Assembly (NCBI GenBank): GCA_963169195.1
Contig: CAUJDN010000132.1
Location: 9,382 to 73,381, forward strand
Length of the DNA: 64,000 nt
Direction of reading: 5' to 3'
Origin: Acidobacteriota bacterium
GTDB lineage: Bacteria; Acidobacteriota; Vicinamibacteria; Vicinamibacterales; UBA2999
Below the pieces are notes generated by a model that was not told the DNA's origin, searched no databases, and saw only the letters and a list, made by a program, of their open reading frames with translations. Positions 62,288 through 64,000 of this stretch are shown here, piece after piece. How positions within the stretch are numbered: position 1 is the stretch's first letter; the number at the start of each line of letters is the position of its first letter. The translations under genes were made by a program, and so were the position numbers.

Positions 62288-63067
62288 ATGAGAATAGATC
62301 TCAATTCAGACCTCGGCGAGTCGTTTGGGGCCTGGCGGATGGGGCAGGACGAGGCGCTGATGCCGGCCATCACGTCGGCCAATATCGCGTGCGGCTTCCA
62401 CGCCGGCGACCCCGGCGTGATGCGGGAGACGGTGCAGTTGGCCCGCGCCCACGGTGTCGCCGTAGGCGCCCATCCGGGCTTCCCGGACCTCGCCGGGTTC
62501 GGGCGCCGGGAGATCCGCTGCACGCCCAGGGAGATCGAGGACATGGTCGTCTACCAGGTGGGCGCCCTGGCGGCCGTCGCGGCGGCCCAGGGGGTGCGCC
62601 TGCAGCACGTGAAGGCGCATGGCGCCCTTTACAACATGGCATGCCGGGACGAGGCGCTGGCCGCGGCGATCGCAAAGGCGACGGCGCTGCTCGACCCGGG
62701 GCTGTTCCTGTTCGGGCTGCCCGGATCGGCACTCCTGGCCGCGGGCGCGCAGCACGGCCTTCGGACTGCGGCCGAAGTCTTCGCGGACCGCGCCTACAAC
62801 CCCGACGGTTCGCTCGTGTCACGGAGCCGGGCCGGGAGTGTCATCGACGACACGTCCCGGGTCGTGGCGCGGGCCGTTCGGATGGCGCGCAGCCGGACCG
62901 TCACCACCATCGATGGGACGGAACTGGCCGTGCAGGCCGACACGATCTGCGTTCATGGCGACACGCCCGGCGCCGCGGAACTGGCGATGGCCATCCGCCG
63001 GGCCCTGGAGGAGGAGCACGTGCGCGTGACCGCGCTCGGACACGCCGAGGCCGGGACAGAACCGTAA
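62288..63067 (+). CDS. pxpA: 5-oxoprolinase subunit A (LamB/YcsF family)
   Basis: 259 aa. IDLNSDLGESFG, ANIACGFHAGDP, VGAHPGFPD, KAHGALYN, CVHGDTP. Confidence 0.9.
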   Translation: MRIDLNSDLGESFGAWRMGQDEALMPAITSANIACGFHAGDPGVMRETVQLARAHGVAVGAHPGFPDLAGFGRREIRCTPREIEDMVVYQVGALAAVAAAQGVRLQHVKAHGALYNMACRDEALAAAIAKATALLDPGLFLFGLPGSALLAAGAQHGLRTAAEVFADRAYNPDGSLVSRSRAGSVIDDTSRVVARAVRMARSRTVTTIDGTELAVQADTICVHGDTPGAAELAMAIRRALEEEHVRVTALGHAEAGTEP

Positions 63068-63267
63068 GTTCAGAGACGATGCTGTCGACGGGCGGCGGCG
63101 GTGCCCGGCAGGGCCTTCAGGCGAACCCGCGAAAAATGGCCTGATTCCGCGAGCGCCACAGGCGGCACGGAGCTTGTTTATGTAGGGGGCGTCGCCAGTT
63201 TGTTATCTACGGCACTGTGCCGTAGATGCTGGGGGGAGCCAAGCTGGCGGCAATTCTCGTGGGGGAA

Positions 63268-63307
63268 GGGCAGTCCGTGGCATACACGGGCTGCCCTTTT
63301 CTCTTTC
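63268..63307 (+). terminator. classic intrinsic terminator
   Basis: GGGCAGTCCGTG-GCATA-CACGGGCTGCCC (12-bp stem with one G-U pair) followed by TTTTCTCTTTC. Lies about 200 nt after the pxpA stop. Confidence 0.7.
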
Positions 63308-63348
63308 GCGCGTGCCTCGCCCTCGACGCCAGGCCGTCGGGCGCTCTA

Positions 63349-63404
63349 CTTCTCACTTCTCACTTCTCACTTCTCACTTCTCACTTCTCACTTCTCACTT
63401 CTAA
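63349..63404. repeat. heptanucleotide tandem array (CTTCTCA)x7 plus one degenerate unit
   Basis: Seven exact copies from 63349 to 63397. The eighth unit (CTTCTAA) contains the stop codon of the minus-strand edge gene. Confidence 0.95.
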
Positions 63405-64000
63405 ACGCTGACGCCCTCGGGGTACTGCAGCGCCAGGCGCAGTTCCTTGGCGAGCCCGTCCACGGTGCCCTGGCGCTTCCACGCGCCGTCGGTCTCGAAC
63501 CGGAGCGAGCCGATCCGGCGGCCCCAGGGCGAGATGACGCGGCCGATCGCGCGCGAGTCGGCACGGTCCGCGTGCTGCTGGTCGATCTTCTGGATGACGT
63601 CGGGCGCCACGCGAATGAAGGCCCGCAGCGCCGCCGCCGACTTGATGCTGTACTTCCGGCCGTTCCACGCGGGCTCGAAGATGTTGGCGATCTGCTTGAA
63701 GTAGTTCACGAAGAACCGTTTGGCGTCCTCGCGGAAATCCTCCGCTTTGCGCGCGCCCCCGAGCGCTTCGGAATCCGCGAAGAGCTTCTTCAGCTCCTGG
63801 GCCAGCGGCGCCTGGGCCACGCGGCCCTTGCCGACGCCAAGCAGCTTGATGTCGCCGCACAGGGGCGACTCCTCGCGGTCGTTCAACGCCCGGACGACAT
63901 CGTGCGCCGCGGCCAGCGCCTCGTCCCGATACAGTTGACGCCCTGAAAGCGTCACCAGGTGCGACGCGTTCAGCCGCGTATGCTTCGCGTTGATCGTCAC
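63401..64000 (-). CDS. hypothetical protein, C-terminal ~199 aa (5' end probably beyond the right edge)
   Basis: The ORF is open to the last base of the window and its first codon there is GTG. No family confidently recognised. Confidence 0.5.
   Translation of the reverse strand: MTINAKHTRLNASHLVTLSGRQLYRDEALAAAHDVVRALNDREESPLCGDIKLLGVGKGRVAQAPLAQELKKLFADSEALGGARKAEDFREDAKRFFVNYFKQIANIFEPAWNGRKYSIKSAAALRAFIRVAPDVIQKIDQQHADRADSRAIGRVISPWGRRIGSLRFETDGAWKRQGTVDGLAKELRLALQYPEGVSV

Noticed and set aside
63226-63411. 61-aa plus-strand ORF
   Set aside because: It reads through an intrinsic terminator and then the heptamer array (…LLTSHFSLLTSHFSLLTS…). It is almost certainly not a gene.

Overview
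This is a very G+C-rich bacterial chromosomal segment (judged by eye, not computed). It is densely coding on both strands, with about 60 genes. I saw no tRNA or rRNA genes, transposases, integrases, prophage genes or CRISPR arrays.

Gene content, left to right:
- sodA (partial) and nadA
- a futalosine-pathway radical-SAM gene, then yjbQ
- a cobalamin riboswitch driving a TonB-dependent receptor plus an ABC importer
- an amidohydrolase and an alpha/beta hydrolase
- a very long minus-strand Fe-S biogenesis super-operon: iscR, iscS, an IscU-like gene, iscA, sufB, sufC, sufD, sufS, sufU, sufT, with mqnB and mqnD at its tail
- a JAMM peptidase plus a ThiS/MoaD-like-E1-rhodanese fusion protein
- SIMPL and FGE-family genes
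- a translationally coupled aminotransferase-hom-CoA-transferase unit
- a PilT-like protein whose ATPase motifs are all degenerate
- a feo locus with a two-ORF feoB and a membrane-anchored DtxR-FeoA fusion, divergent from a second DtxR-family regulator
- queC
- a dhs-DUF5615-ROK-nagA-DUF4097 unit
- a sigma-54 activator next to an HD-GYP/GAF/GGDEF protein
- fabI
- argH and argR, divergent from argC-argB-argD-argJ-argF
- a DUF4920 / TonB-dependent receptor / PepSY cluster
- pxpA
- an unknown gene cut by the right edge

Most worth a second look:
1. The JAMM + Ubl-E1-rhodanese pair directly upstream of the Fe-S operon.
2. The PilT-like pseudo-ATPase with a roughly 320-aa disordered linker.
3. The feo locus: the GTGA-coupled split feoB, the TM-DtxR-FeoA-FeoA fusion, and two perfect palindromes in the divergent promoter.
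4. Short tandem repeats (7-nt, 15-nt and 16-nt units) that exactly fill intergenic spacers or abut start and stop codons at six loci, with related units recurring at distant loci in opposite orientation.

Limits: all protein-family calls come from my recognition of motifs in the supplied translations; no database search was run. Start codons are best guesses, because the ORF track also uses GTG and TTG starts. The many long ORFs antisense to real genes look like GC-content artefacts. A taxon guess of Acidobacteriota-like rests only on high G+C, the futalosine pathway and CarboxypepD_reg-type TonB receptors, and is weak inference.
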